41,196 nt of DNA from positions 1 through 41,196 of the IMG/VR virus record IMGVR_UViG_3300046012_000485, one strand, 5' to 3'. The DNA is from a virus. Taxonomy: Duplodnaviria > Caudoviricetes. The notes below the pieces were generated by a model. The model was not told the DNA's origin, did not search any database, and worked only from the letters and a program-made list of their open reading frames with translations. Positions 1-9,531 of this stretch are shown piece after piece. Each line of letters opens with the position of its first letter. The first letter of the stretch is position 1. The position numbers were made by a program, and so were the translations under genes.

Positions 1-145
1 GAACATGAAGCAGCTTCGTGCGGCCTGCGTTGAGAGCGGCTTTACGCCAGGAACGGTCAGCACCATGCTGAGTAGATACATTACAGATGGAGACTTCAAG
101 AAGGTCGGCCAGCTGATTACCATCAGGAAAGGGAAAGTAAAATGA
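1..145 (+). CDS. 3' part of a hypothetical protein, possibly winged-helix; probably truncated by the window edge
   Basis: Read by hand in frame 2: ...MKQLRAACVESGFTPGTVSTMLSRYITDGDFKKVGQLITIRKGKVK*. The TGA overlaps the ATG at 142 (ATGA). Confidence 0.55.
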   Translation, partial: NMKQLRAACVESGFTPGTVSTMLSRYITDGDFKKVGQLITIRKGKVK

Positions 146-396
146 GGGGAATTACCGTTTATACCACCTACTCCTTCCGCCACAAGGACCCCGTGATTGA
201 CGAGATGCGGACCTTGTTCCAGAAGGAGGGCAAGCTCAGCAAGAAGGGCCTGGTGGAAGTGGAGAACAGGGGTGCGGCGAAGGCGGCGACCTATAAGGCC
301 TGGTTCAACGGCAAGACCCGCCGGCCTCAGAACGCCACCATCATGGCGACGGCTCGCGCGCTCGGCTACGACCGAAAATGGGTGAAGCTAAAATGA
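142..396 (+). CDS. small XRE/Cro-like HTH DNA-binding protein
   Basis: ATYKAWFNGKTRRPQNATIMATARALG resembles the recognition helix and end of an XRE HTH; ATGA-coupled on both sides. Confidence 0.6.
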   Translation: MRGITVYTTYSFRHKDPVIDEMRTLFQKEGKLSKKGLVEVENRGAAKAATYKAWFNGKTRRPQNATIMATARALGYDRKWVKLK

Positions 397-560
397 GCCA
401 GGAGCTGATGGCCTGGCTGGAGAAGGTGATGGACCTGGTGCAGGGCCGTTGCGGTCTCTCCATGCTGGAGGCGAGCGACTTCAACTGGAACGACCTGTTC
501 CACCTCGGCTTCACGCCGGAGGAAGCAGTGAACGCTTACGAGGAGGAAGTTCATGGCTAA
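393..560 (+). CDS. hypothetical acidic protein (55 aa)
   Basis: ATG at 393 overlaps the upstream TGA; MSQELMAWLEK... Confidence 0.6.
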   Translation: MSQELMAWLEKVMDLVQGRCGLSMLEASDFNWNDLFHLGFTPEEAVNAYEEEVHG

Positions 561-744
561 GACCCCGATATGGGTTACGCTAGGTCGTGAAAGTATCGCG
601 AGACTGGCGGACGCCGACAACGAAGCCACCTTTGCGCGTGAGGTCCGCGCCGGGTGCTGGGACCATCGCTGCGACGTTCACCAGGCAATCCAGCGTGAAA
701 AGAAAAAGGCCTCGCCCGTGAGAGCGAGGCCTTCCCTCGGATAG
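553..744 (+). CDS. hypothetical protein (63 aa)
   Basis: GAGGAGG RBS upstream; overlaps the previous gene; its 3' end runs through the opposite-strand terminator. Confidence 0.55.
   Translation: MAKTPIWVTLGRESIARLADADNEATFAREVRAGCWDHRCDVHQAIQREKKKASPVRARPSLG
697..733 (-). terminator. Rho-independent terminator of the late operon
   Basis: Stem AAGGCCTCGC/GCGAGGCCTT (706-715 and 724-733) followed on the minus strand by TTTTTCTTTT, just after the last minus-strand gene. Confidence 0.8.
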
Positions 745-760
745 GATCAATTACAAAAGG

Positions 761-1183
761 TCAACCGCCCGGTCGCAGCCGAGCTTTGAGCGCCGCGGAC
801 TTTTTGACCGAGAGCCCGTTGACGAAGTTCGAGAAGTTCTCCACCGCCTGGGTCACGCCGGTAATCGCTTGCGCAATCTGCGCCGTGGTGGGCATGGTGC
901 CGGCCTGGGCGCCGCTATAGACGCTGATAAGGCCTTGGGCTGTCCCGATCGCCTGGGTAATGGCCTGCTCAAGCTGAGCAGCTTCCGCCTGGTCCTGTAG
1001 CGTACAGATGGAAGCCGGCAGAGCACCGGCGGCGCAGCTGGAAGAGTAGAGGGCTTCCAGCGCCGCCACGCCGGCGTCCGCGGCGTTGAGGTCGTTCTGC
1101 GGGCTGGAGAGGAAGCCACCACTCGCGCAGGCTCCCAGTGACAAGAGGCCGACGGCACCGGCGACAAGCAAAATCTTCTTCAT
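761..1183 (-). CDS. lipoprotein, possibly spanin-like
   Basis: MKKILLVAGAVGLLSLGA|C lipobox, AGGAGG RBS, helical Ala/Gln-rich body; last gene of the lysis region. Confidence 0.65.
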   Translation of the reverse strand: MKKILLVAGAVGLLSLGACASGGFLSSPQNDLNAADAGVAALEALYSSSCAAGALPASICTLQDQAEAAQLEQAITQAIGTAQGLISVYSGAQAGTMPTTAQIAQAITGVTQAVENFSNFVNGLSVKKSAALKARLRPGG

Positions 1184-1198
1184 GCAATAAGCTCCTCC

Positions 1199-1957
1199 TT
1201 AGAGCTGGTTTAGGTAGGCAAGCATTTGACTCACGTTGAGACCCGAGGGAGCCACCCCGGTAGATTTGATCCAGTCTTCATAGACTTCCGCGTGAGCTTC
1301 CTCGCATATCTTGGCGAAGCAGGCGTAGGTCATCGGGTGGCACTTCGCCCAGGTTACAACCCATACGTAGTCGTGATCGTATCTCACGATAGGAACGTCG
1401 TGGCCGCCGATAGGCGTCTGGTCTCCACCGACGTCCCAAATCTGGCCGCGGCTGAATTGGTCCATCATTCCTTGCGTGAGGTTGATGCCGATCCGGCAGG
1501 CGCCGAAAATTTGAACGGCCCACTTCACGTGGTCCAGATTGCTGGGCTCGATGCTTCCAAAGCCAGAGCTCTTGTGGCCGGCGAGTCCTGTGCGTTGCAT
1601 GAAAGTGCACACATCTGCCTCCACCGCGCCCTGGTCCGAACTGGGTATGCTCTCCCTGAAGCCGGTGCAGACTGCATAGGCGTCCAGCACCTGGCGAGAG
1701 CTTGGAACATAGATGGAGCCGGCGTTCGCCGTGTGAAGCATAATCTGGTGCCCGCTATCGGCGAAAGTGCAGTCACCAAATTGATCGTTGCCGAGCATTC
1801 CCCAGTCGCCACCCGTGGACCGATCCACCGCGGATACGTAGTCGTTGGAAATGCTGGGAGCAGGTCCGAGCTCACCCAAGGCCTCGGCCAGGACCAGAGC
1901 GCTTCTCATCGCCCTACGATCGAACTGGGCAGGCTTGCGCCCGAGTTTAAGCTGCAT
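1199..1957 (-). CDS. papain-fold cysteine peptidase-like protein (252 aa)
   Basis: GNDQFGDCTFA (Cys), GGHDVPIVRYD (His) and VTW motifs; start moved to MQLKLGRK after an AGGAGG RBS. Confidence 0.6.
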   Translation of the reverse strand: MQLKLGRKPAQFDRRAMRSALVLAEALGELGPAPSISNDYVSAVDRSTGGDWGMLGNDQFGDCTFADSGHQIMLHTANAGSIYVPSSRQVLDAYAVCTGFRESIPSSDQGAVEADVCTFMQRTGLAGHKSSGFGSIEPSNLDHVKWAVQIFGACRIGINLTQGMMDQFSRGQIWDVGGDQTPIGGHDVPIVRYDHDYVWVVTWAKCHPMTYACFAKICEEAHAEVYEDWIKSTGVAPSGLNVSQMLAYLNQL

Positions 1958-2049
1958 ACTTTTCCTCCTAAAAGTGGGGAAGCACCGGCTCCGCATCCCC
2001 GGAGGGGCGAAGGGCACGGAGCCGGTTTGCTCCCAAACGGCCGCAGCCG

Positions 2050-2340
2050 CTAGTTGTGTTTGGTAAAGTGATCCAGGATTCCGATAAGTCCGCCGATAAC
2101 GACAACGAATCCGATTACCGTTGTTCCGACGCCGGCGAGGACCCGCCAACCGACAGCAAGTTTGTCGTAGGGCTTTTGCGCGGCATTGCGCAGCTCCTGG
2201 ACGGCAAGTTTTAGGTCGGTGGACACTTCGCTAATATCCCTGGTTGATTCTGCTAGCGCTTCTTTCAATTCCTTCACCTCACGCTCCAATACTCCGGTTC
2301 GGATTTTAAGTTGCGCAATCTCAATGCCGGCGTTATCCAT
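2050..2340 (-). CDS. coiled-coil protein with C-terminal TM helix (holin/antiholin/XhlA-like)
   Basis: Heptad-like N-terminus and hydrophobic VLAGVGTTVIGFVVVIGGLIGIL; lies in the lysis region. Confidence 0.55.
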   Translation of the reverse strand: MDNAGIEIAQLKIRTGVLEREVKELKEALAESTRDISEVSTDLKLAVQELRNAAQKPYDKLAVGWRVLAGVGTTVIGFVVVIGGLIGILDHFTKHN

Positions 2341-2370
2341 CTTCCCCTGGAACCTTTTGTTAGGTGGGTC

Positions 2371-2745
2371 TTAAGCGTGTGGAATATCTCTTGGAAACTT
2401 TGGCCCGAAAATTCGCATGATCTTATCTGCGCTGGCCAGAGTTACGGGCTTCAACTGTGTGGTGGCTGGAACCAGCTGGCCCTTGTCGTCAAGAGCACGC
2501 CCATACTCCACCAGGTTGAGACCAGCCTGCACACCGGCGGCCTGGGAGCGCACGAGAGCCCAGAAGGTATCCCAAAGACCCCAGGCGGCCGGACCGATGA
2601 CCATCACTAGGCCAGCGGCCGTCATAACTGCGTGATAGGCGCCTGAGCTTCCCCAATGTTGGTCTGCCATGACGGCGCCGATGGTAATAAGCAGAATGCG
2701 AAGCGCGGCCAGGAAGGCCATCGCTTGTGGATTGATCGTAGTCAT
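2371..2745 (-). CDS. putative holin
   Basis: Two N-terminal hydrophobic helices; directly downstream of the endolysin. Confidence 0.55.
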   Translation of the reverse strand: MTTINPQAMAFLAALRILLITIGAVMADQHWGSSGAYHAVMTAAGLVMVIGPAAWGLWDTFWALVRSQAAGVQAGLNLVEYGRALDDKGQLVPATTQLKPVTLASADKIMRIFGPKFPRDIPHA

Positions 2746-2748
2746 GGA

Positions 2749-3159
2749 TCACCTCACGTTGGTATAGAACTTGAGCTTTGCGGTCTCAAGTGTCAGGGTT
2801 GCTCCTACCGTCCAGTAGGGTGGGTCAATTGACTTTGCGTGGAAGTGCGTCGCACCCTTGGTGAGGTCTAAACCTCCAGCCAAGACCTCATCATAGGCGG
2901 CCAGACAGTCTATCCAGATCGGATCGCTCTCGGGTGTGGCCGCGCCGCGCATCAGATTTAAATTGTCCAGAGTGTCGTCGTTCCACTCTGAAAACTGAAT
3001 GCGCTTCAAGCACACCATGGCTGGTGTCTTTCCGTAGCGTACTGGATTGACCCGGCAACGATTGAATATGGGATGCACCACATAGCGTCGCTCCTCCGGC
3101 GAACAGCTTGAGGCTTCGCAGAAGGTGGTGAGAGCTACTATGACCCTATCGCCGGCCAT
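2749..3159 (-). CDS. endolysin, SleB/Hydrolase_2-type cell wall hydrolase
   Basis: ALTTFCEA (catalytic Glu), IFNR, QFSEWN, TKGATHFH and PYW motifs. Confidence 0.8.
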   Translation of the reverse strand: MAGDRVIVALTTFCEASSCSPEERRYVVHPIFNRCRVNPVRYGKTPAMVCLKRIQFSEWNDDTLDNLNLMRGAATPESDPIWIDCLAAYDEVLAGGLDLTKGATHFHAKSIDPPYWTVGATLTLETAKLKFYTNVR

Positions 3160-4346
3160 CAGGCGCCAACAGCAATCACGTCCACCGTAACCACCCCAGT
3201 AACCAAACCGCCGCGGTCGGTATCCACGCGCACGGTGCCTCCGTTCGCAGTCAAATTGTAGGCAATCGCCGTCAAGTTGTTGCCAGCGGCGTTCGGGTTA
3301 AAGGTATCGTTGTTCTCCGTGCTTGCTACCGCCGCCAGGCAGGAGGTCGGAAAGACCGCGTTCCAAGTGAAATTCGCCACAGCGAAAGACTGCCCACTCA
3401 TATTGACGGTGAAGCGGGCATAGCGCAGGGCAGGACCAATCACGCTATGCACGAAGCCAGTAGTCGCCAACTGCGTGGTGCTCGTAGCTGGATCGGCCGT
3501 AGGTGCGGTAGGAACGCCGGTAAGGGCTGGGCTGTTCTTCGGCGCCAGAGCGGCTTCCGCGGCCTCGGCGCGCGTGGTCTCCACAGCCACTGCAGAGTCA
3601 GCGTAGCTCTCAGCAGCAGCCTGGGCAGCAGCTGCTGCACCGGCCGTATCGAAGGAGCTGGCGCTCTTTCCGCTATCGTGCATAGAGCCATTACCATCCA
3701 CAAAGGATGGGAAGTTTCCGATGGTAGAGCCGCCGGTGAAAGAGACAACATCGGGAAAGCTATCGTTGCTCGCTGCCTTTGAAGCGGCAGTTCCGAGAGT
3801 ACCAACAGCACCACCGTCCGCGATTGTGCCGTTTGCATCGGAGAAGACTGCGAGATGACCGGGCGTGATCGTGCCACTGACCGAAGCGACATTGGCCTGC
3901 GAGTTGGAAGAGGCTGCCTTATAGGCCGCGGTCCCAAGACCGTTGAGGTTGAACCCACTCCAGTTGGCGCCGCCCGTATCCGGATCGGAAAGATTGTTGT
4001 CCGCGGTAGAGACCCAATAGGCACCTGGCTCGGTGGCGTTGGCCAGCAAGGCTCCCTTCGGGTAGCCGCCGATCGCCACCGAGAAAGCTGAATCGAAGAA
4101 GATGGGTCCGCCGGCCTGCTTCCACTGTAACCAAGCCGTTACCGGCTGGAAGATGCCGTTGAAATCCTTGATGTCCGGCGGCGTCCCCCCTGATCCAACG
4201 GGCGTCCCGGTAGCAGGGGGGAAGCCGAGCGAGAGCGAGGCGGCGACTGGATTGGCGGTCGTGTCGGGGATGGTTCGGATGTAGCTGGTATTGGCGTTGA
4301 TAGCCCAGACCAGATCGAACTTTGCGGGGATATTTGAATCTTGCAT
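3159..4346 (-). CDS. tail fibre protein
   Basis: N-terminal GFPP..PPDIKDFNGI..GGYPKGA baseplate-anchor motif; SPALTGVPTAPTA..TTQLATTGFV shaft motif; follows the DUF2612-like gene. Confidence 0.85.
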   Translation of the reverse strand: MQDSNIPAKFDLVWAINANTSYIRTIPDTTANPVAASLSLGFPPATGTPVGSGGTPPDIKDFNGIFQPVTAWLQWKQAGGPIFFDSAFSVAIGGYPKGALLANATEPGAYWVSTADNNLSDPDTGGANWSGFNLNGLGTAAYKAASSNSQANVASVSGTITPGHLAVFSDANGTIADGGAVGTLGTAASKAASNDSFPDVVSFTGGSTIGNFPSFVDGNGSMHDSGKSASSFDTAGAAAAAQAAAESYADSAVAVETTRAEAAEAALAPKNSPALTGVPTAPTADPATSTTQLATTGFVHSVIGPALRYARFTVNMSGQSFAVANFTWNAVFPTSCLAAVASTENNDTFNPNAAGNNLTAIAYNLTANGGTVRVDTDRGGLVTGVVTVDVIAVGA

Positions 4347-4358
4347 TTGTGTGCTACC

Positions 4359-5096
4359 TCAAGTCTGCACGATGGAGGGGAAGACGCCGACGGGCTTGGG
4401 CAAGACACCAGACTGACCGACGATTGCCGCCTGCAGTGGAGAGAGTATGAAGGTAAAGGTGTACGTCATTGTCATATCGTGGCCATCGGTGCAGTAGGCA
4501 TTGCCACTGTCACCGAACAGGCTCATGAGAATGGCGTTGATGCTCTTCACCGAGCCATCCGAAATGTTGGAGAGGGCTTTGGCGTAGATGAGCGTGCGGA
4601 AGGCATCATCGGTGAGGGCGAAGTTGGTGGTGAGCTGCCCGCCAGCGTAGAAGGGAGACACGTTGAAGGGATCACCAGAGGCACCGCCTGGCCCTTGGAA
4701 CCCGAAATAGGAGCCCACTTCAATGCTGAGCACGCGGTTAACACCAACGATGCGGCCCCACACGTCCAGGCCGTAGCCTTGCGCGGTATCCACGTTCCAG
4801 ATGAAATTGTAGAAGTTGTCCAGGTTCGCCGTCTGGTCAACGCAGTCGGCGAAGTAGGAGAGCATCTGAAGAAGGATGGGCGAGTTGGAGTATTGGCTTA
4901 CAACAGTCTGCAGCCAGTTGAACGGAACCGAAGTTGTGCTGCCCTTGCCGACAACAGTTGCCAGGCCGATCGCCGAACCCACACCCACGCCTGAAGCTCC
5001 GGCCAGGCTGCCGGAGCCCGTCGCCGTACCGATAGATTGGTACAGCGGCGGCATGTCGGAAAGGCTGAAGTCGGCAAGAGCGAAGTTACCCAGCAT
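4359..5096 (-). CDS. baseplate wedge protein (DUF2612-like) with an N-terminal extension
   Basis: SQYSNSP, WNVDTAQGYGLDVWGRIVGV, LTDDAFRTLI, LPKPVGV. Confidence 0.85.
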   Translation of the reverse strand: MLGNFALADFSLSDMPPLYQSIGTATGSGSLAGASGVGVGSAIGLATVVGKGSTTSVPFNWLQTVVSQYSNSPILLQMLSYFADCVDQTANLDNFYNFIWNVDTAQGYGLDVWGRIVGVNRVLSIEVGSYFGFQGPGGASGDPFNVSPFYAGGQLTTNFALTDDAFRTLIYAKALSNISDGSVKSINAILMSLFGDSGNAYCTDGHDMTMTYTFTFILSPLQAAIVGQSGVLPKPVGVFPSIVQT

Positions 5097-5101
5097 TTAA
5101 C

Positions 5102-5530
5102 TTAGCTCTCGTTGACGGAGGTGCCGGTGAGCAGAACTGGAGTTACACCCGTAGATACCGATATGGGCGGCGTGATCTGGCCTGAATAGAGAATTTCCCC
5201 GGCACCGGAAGAAGCTGTGCCGATTGAGAAATAGGTTTCGGTCTCAATGCCGCTCGTGCACTGTGGAAAGACAATGTTGGCGTCCGGGTTGATGGTCTCC
5301 GCGGTAAGCGTCCAGCCCGAGGAGTTTCGAGATACGCCGACGCGGGCATAAGCACCATAGGCCGCTTCGCTGGTCGCCTGGTTTCCAGACGGGCCAGGGT
5401 TTGCAGTGTGAAGAGCGATCCAGAGCTGCGTAAGCGGGGAGGTGGTGGTATTCTGAGCCAGCCCCGTGATCGCCGTAGTCTGGAAGATGAGCGCCAGAAA
5501 CTGCGCTGAGAAGGTATTGCTCTTACCCAT
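5102..5530 (-). CDS. fibre-associated structural protein, paralog 1
   Basis: LWIALHTANPG..EAAYGAYAR..IVFP..ETYFSIG; clearly similar to 18385..18816. Confidence 0.7.
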   Translation of the reverse strand: MGKSNTFSAQFLALIFQTTAITGLAQNTTTSPLTQLWIALHTANPGPSGNQATSEAAYGAYARVGVSRNSSGWTLTAETINPDANIVFPQCTSGIETETYFSIGTASSGAGEILYSGQITPPISVSTGVTPVLLTGTSVNES

Positions 5531-5539
5531 GTTGATTCC

Positions 5540-7183
5540 TTACGAGGAGGTTGCAACCAGGATGTTATCCGCCGAGATGGTCGGAACCTGGTTTATGTTG
5601 ACCTGAGCGTTCAGCTGATTGGGGTTTATCCCCGTGAGGACTGGAGAAGTTGTCATGCTCTCGGAGGCAACCGTCTGCGAGTTGCTGACCTGGTAGGTAC
5701 CGGCGCCACCGGAGACTCCGGTAAGCTGCTTGACGATCGTGGTATTAGCTGTCACGCCAGCACCTCCAAGAAGATCGTTCGCAAGAATGGAGCCAGTAAC
5801 TGCCGAAGTGGTAAGCGTGGTGCCGGAGATGGCGCCGGTAAACGAGGCGCCGGCTACCGTCTGCGTATTTGCGAGAACCCAGCTTGTCCCCGAGCCGGAG
5901 ATAACTTTCGTGCCGGCTGCTACGCGCCCCTCCAGGTCCTGGAGCATGAGGCCAGCCGCCATTGCTCCGGAGGTGGTGGAAAGGATGGTGAGAGCTGTGC
6001 CGGCAATGCTCGCCGTTCCAGTCCAGGAAGGAACGTTTGCCGAGCCCAGATAGAGCGATTTGATAAGAGCCCAGGAACCCAGGAGCGCGACTGGAGAGTA
6101 GAAGCGGCTCGCCAAGAGGTTGTTGCCTATTCGGGCCCGAGGACCTCCATCATCGCCGGCAAAGGCGCTTACGAGCGCCGCCTGAATAAGGGCAGTGGCG
6201 TTGGCCGGAATGTTCGGGTTGGTGAGGAGCGTCACCGAGAAGTAGATGGGAAGCGCCGGCGGCACCTCAAAGGTGACGTTATAGGTCGGATAGGGCAGGT
6301 TGTAGCCTGACCCGGTATCTTCAACCACAACAGTCGTATTGCCGGAATAAGCGCAACCAGGCGCCTTCTTGCTCCAGATGGCCTTGGCCACTGCGTTTAT
6401 ATCACCGCCCACCACCGCCACGTAGAGCGAGTTGGCAGGAAGTACCTGGCCAAGAACTGTCACGGGAGAGGCGGTATCATTTTCCGTGATGTAAGCATCT
6501 ATCACGCCCGGAACGTTGAGCACGGCTCCAGCAATGGAGGGAAGCGAACCCATGGAGTTCATCGCCACGCTCGCCTGGCGCCTGGTCTCAAAGGCGGCAG
6601 CCGTCTCGACATCATCGCCCAGGATACCCTCTTGCGGGTTGGTGATGCTGTCCCAGCCTGGAACTGCCTGATAGATCGTGGTCAGCGTACCCTGCGAGCA
6701 CGGGATAGGACCGACGACCTGGTTCACGAAGTTAAGAGTAATGGAACCGCTGACTGGGATCGTTCCACCGCTGGAACATAGATAGATATTGCCTGAGCTG
6801 TCTTGCGCAAGTGCGCCGGTCGGAATAACCGTGCCCTGCGCACCCGAACAGGTGCAGCCTACGATCGTCTGCGAGGCCGGAAGGCGTTCAATGAAGTAGA
6901 TGCGCGCAATCGCGTCCTGCATCCGGCCAGTTGAAAAGGCGGGATCAACCTGGGTGGTGAAGAACATAAAAGTCTGATCGGCATCTGCAATGATCGCCGA
7001 CATAGAAGAGGCAAGCTGTCCCTGCGGAGTAAAAAGGTTCGCAGTGTTCAGGTTGCCGCCGAAGGCGTTGTTCAGGTCCGCAAGAACGCCATTCAAGATT
7101 TGCGTGTCTGTCGGAATAACGAATCCGGTCGCACTGAAGGTCGGCTGCGGAACGCTGGTAGAGGGAGTACCGATACCGCTCAT
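5540..7183 (-). CDS. baseplate J-like wedge protein
   Basis: [27 protein letters not shown] and KKAPGC motifs; position in the baseplate module; two extra beta modules near the C-terminus. Confidence 0.9.
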   Translation of the reverse strand: MSGIGTPSTSVPQPTFSATGFVIPTDTQILNGVLADLNNAFGGNLNTANLFTPQGQLASSMSAIIADADQTFMFFTTQVDPAFSTGRMQDAIARIYFIERLPASQTIVGCTCSGAQGTVIPTGALAQDSSGNIYLCSSGGTIPVSGSITLNFVNQVVGPIPCSQGTLTTIYQAVPGWDSITNPQEGILGDDVETAAAFETRRQASVAMNSMGSLPSIAGAVLNVPGVIDAYITENDTASPVTVLGQVLPANSLYVAVVGGDINAVAKAIWSKKAPGCAYSGNTTVVVEDTGSGYNLPYPTYNVTFEVPPALPIYFSVTLLTNPNIPANATALIQAALVSAFAGDDGGPRARIGNNLLASRFYSPVALLGSWALIKSLYLGSANVPSWTGTASIAGTALTILSTTSGAMAAGLMLQDLEGRVAAGTKVISGSGTSWVLANTQTVAGASFTGAISGTTLTTSAVTGSILANDLLGGAGVTANTTIVKQLTGVSGGAGTYQVSNSQTVASESMTTSPVLTGINPNQLNAQVNINQVPTISADNILVATSS

Positions 7184-7184
7184 G

Positions 7185-7535
7185 TTAGAAGCCCGCCATT
7201 GAGATGATTCCGTTTTTATCCGTAACCTGCACCTGGCCCGTAATCTTCCGCTCCGAGAAGGAGGAGATGAAGACCCGCGCTGCTACCACTTCCGGCACCG
7301 TAAGCGCTGCCAGCACGAACTTAGCCTTGATGAGGTTGAAATTCGGTGGCTTTCCGAGTATCTGGGTCCAGTAGGGAACACCTTGCGTGGTGTCATACCA
7401 GAGCTCGCCCTGAAAGAGCTTGATCGCGCTCGCCGCATCCTGCGCCAGCGCATAAGGATTGGAAGCGATGGCGATGTCACCGCCGACGTCCAGCACAAAG
7501 TCCCAGGTGGAGCGATCGAGAAGTAGCGTATCCAT
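7185..7535 (-). CDS. baseplate gp25/W-like sheath initiator
   Basis: [27 protein letters not shown]. Confidence 0.8.
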   Translation of the reverse strand: MDTLLLDRSTWDFVLDVGGDIAIASNPYALAQDAASAIKLFQGELWYDTTQGVPYWTQILGKPPNFNLIKAKFVLAALTVPEVVAARVFISSFSERKITGQVQVTDKNGIISMAGF

Positions 7536-7538
7536 ATT

Positions 7539-8222
7539 TTAAGTCGCCCTTGTCTTTGTGGCACTAGAACCATCAGCGAGTTTCACCTCCTGCGCGCCGC
7601 CACCAAAGCTGGTATTACCAGTCGCGGTAAGGTCGGCAACTGCAGAAACATTCTTATTCCGATCAAAGAGAACGCCATTGATATGAACTCCGGCTGCATC
7701 CATCACGATCGTATTACCGTTAGAATCGTGTGCGTCTATACCGGCTGTGCTGAAACGCCAGTATTGCTGCGGCGCACCACCTGGTGAGAGCACCGAGAAG
7801 CAATAGACCCCATCCGTAAGGTCAAAGCGCCGGCGCGAGCCTGGCGGACCTTCCTTCACCGTGTTCTTGATAACCGAGATGTCCCGGTCGCAGATGACTG
7901 CAAGCCCGATGTCGCCAGGCTGCGGGTCCATTATGATCGCATTCGAACCCCCCTGCACGCGCACATAGCAGAAGTTGTGAATCGTTCCGTGCGGATAGGT
8001 ATTGAAAATACCGTCCACCGCGAAGACCAGGGGGGTTGCGTCCACGAAGCCGATAGGCGACACGCCGCCATCGTTGGTGCAGCTCACGATCTTGACAAGT
8101 GTGGCGGTGCGGACGCGGCCGAGCATTTGTTTGATAATGGTAACGTCGACGTTGAACTTTCCAGTCGCCGAGTTGAGGCCGAGCTGACTGGAATATCCCT
8201 GGCCGGAGGTATTCGGGTTCAT
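7539..8222 (-). CDS. baseplate central spike (gpV/gp138-like)
   Basis: RVQGGSNAIIMDPQPGDIGLAVICDRDIS..RRFDLTDG OB-fold signature. Confidence 0.85.
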   Translation of the reverse strand: MNPNTSGQGYSSQLGLNSATGKFNVDVTIIKQMLGRVRTATLVKIVSCTNDGGVSPIGFVDATPLVFAVDGIFNTYPHGTIHNFCYVRVQGGSNAIIMDPQPGDIGLAVICDRDISVIKNTVKEGPPGSRRRFDLTDGVYCFSVLSPGGAPQQYWRFSTAGIDAHDSNGNTIVMDAAGVHINGVLFDRNKNVSAVADLTATGNTSFGGGAQEVKLADGSSATKTRAT

Positions 8223-9175
8223 GGTGAAGGCGCCACGATGTAGCCGACGGGAGAGGCTTGCGCATCAGAGAACCAGTCTCCATGCGGCAGCAAGGTCTCC
8301 AGGCGATGGTTCAACATGTTGATGACCCAGATACCGCTTCCGCTCGTGTTTACGGCGCTGGTGATGTTGCCGTCCTTGGCGATCACATTCTGCTTGATGA
8401 GGAGCTGGCTTGACTGCACGTTGACCTGGCCACCGAACCGGATGGCTGGATTGAAAAGTGTGGTGAAGGAGATACCGAGCGACTGGTAAGCCGGGTAGCT
8501 TTGAAGCCCAGTGGTAGCTGAGACCAGCGGCACCGAGCCATTGCGAGACTTGCCTGGCGGCCAGATCGCGAGCGTTCCATCCTCTAAGCCATTCCAGTAG
8601 ATTCCGGCATTCTCCACCGCCTGGAGAGCCTGATCGCGAAGCGAACCGTGCAGATACTGGTCGTGCAGTACCACCGATACTCCATTGTTCTCAAACGGAA
8701 CGCCGACCTTTCCAGTCATTGGGCTGGTCATCTTTTTGGCGAGCGTGCTCAGGATCGTGGTGACGTTCACCGCTCCTTTCCAGCTCGAAGGTGTTGCCGG
8801 CGCCACAGCATCCAAGAGACCTGACGAAGCATTCACGTGAAATCGGACATCCGGCTGGCAGCTCAAGTCAACGTAGGCGTCGAAGATAGTGCCGCTGAAT
8901 ACCGTTGTCATACCGCCTTCATCGCCAGCCTGGACGAGGACCGTATTCTTGCGCAGCGTCGTCGCCACCAGGCCGAGCGTGGATAAGGTATTCATGTCGC
9001 TAAGGCGCATACCCCAGACGTCAAGCGAGAGCTGTGCCATCGCCATTCCGCCGGCGCGGTCAATCCTAACGCTCATTCTGAGGTTGCTCAAGTTAAGTTG
9101 GTTCTGTCCGTCCTGGCCAAAAACTCCTTGACCGAGTGTGAACTGAGCGGTGAGCAGGCGCTTGGTAAAGGACAT
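8219..9175 (-). CDS. baseplate hub protein
   Basis: Position between the plug-like and spike genes; VQAGD..VFSGTI, TGLQSYP, LFNPAIRFG, W.I..L.H.L motifs. Confidence 0.8.
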   Translation of the reverse strand: MSFTKRLLTAQFTLGQGVFGQDGQNQLNLSNLRMSVRIDRAGGMAMAQLSLDVWGMRLSDMNTLSTLGLVATTLRKNTVLVQAGDEGGMTTVFSGTIFDAYVDLSCQPDVRFHVNASSGLLDAVAPATPSSWKGAVNVTTILSTLAKKMTSPMTGKVGVPFENNGVSVVLHDQYLHGSLRDQALQAVENAGIYWNGLEDGTLAIWPPGKSRNGSVPLVSATTGLQSYPAYQSLGISFTTLFNPAIRFGGQVNVQSSQLLIKQNVIAKDGNITSAVNTSGSGIWVINMLNHRLETLLPHGDWFSDAQASPVGYIVAPSP

Positions 9176-9531
9176 CAGGCGTACGTTGTTCCAACGACTG
9201 CGCCAACATTGAAGAATGGATTGCCATACACGATGTCAGTCTGCTCCAGATAAAGCATCATGAAGCGCGAGCCGAGGCCCGTATAGTTCGGGTCCTCACC
9301 TTCACCAGTGACATCGTAGAATCCAAGATCGCCAATAAAGCCAAGATACTGGTCGCGCACCAGGCGATTCAGGTTCTGGCAAAGTTGCCCAGTGATGATG
9401 CTCGTTCCATTCACCAGCAGGTCGCAGTAGAGCCCGCTCGTCTTCTGGTAGAGGTTGACCTGGCAAGCCTGGGCGCCCAAGGTCACAAGGAAGGTTTGGA
9501 CCGGCGAGGGTTGCACGGGAATTTGCTGCAT
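9175..9531 (-). CDS. baseplate protein (plug-like)
   Basis: IPVQPSPVQTF..LYCDL..YLGFIGDL..DPNYTGLGSRF; gene order. Confidence 0.7.
   Translation of the reverse strand: MQQIPVQPSPVQTFLVTLGAQACQVNLYQKTSGLYCDLLVNGTSIITGQLCQNLNRLVRDQYLGFIGDLGFYDVTGEGEDPNYTGLGSRFMMLYLEQTDIVYGNPFFNVGAVVGTTYA

Noticed and set aside
1226-2053. 275-aa plus-strand ORF
   Set aside because: Antisense to the peptidase-like gene, which has the RBS and catalytic motifs
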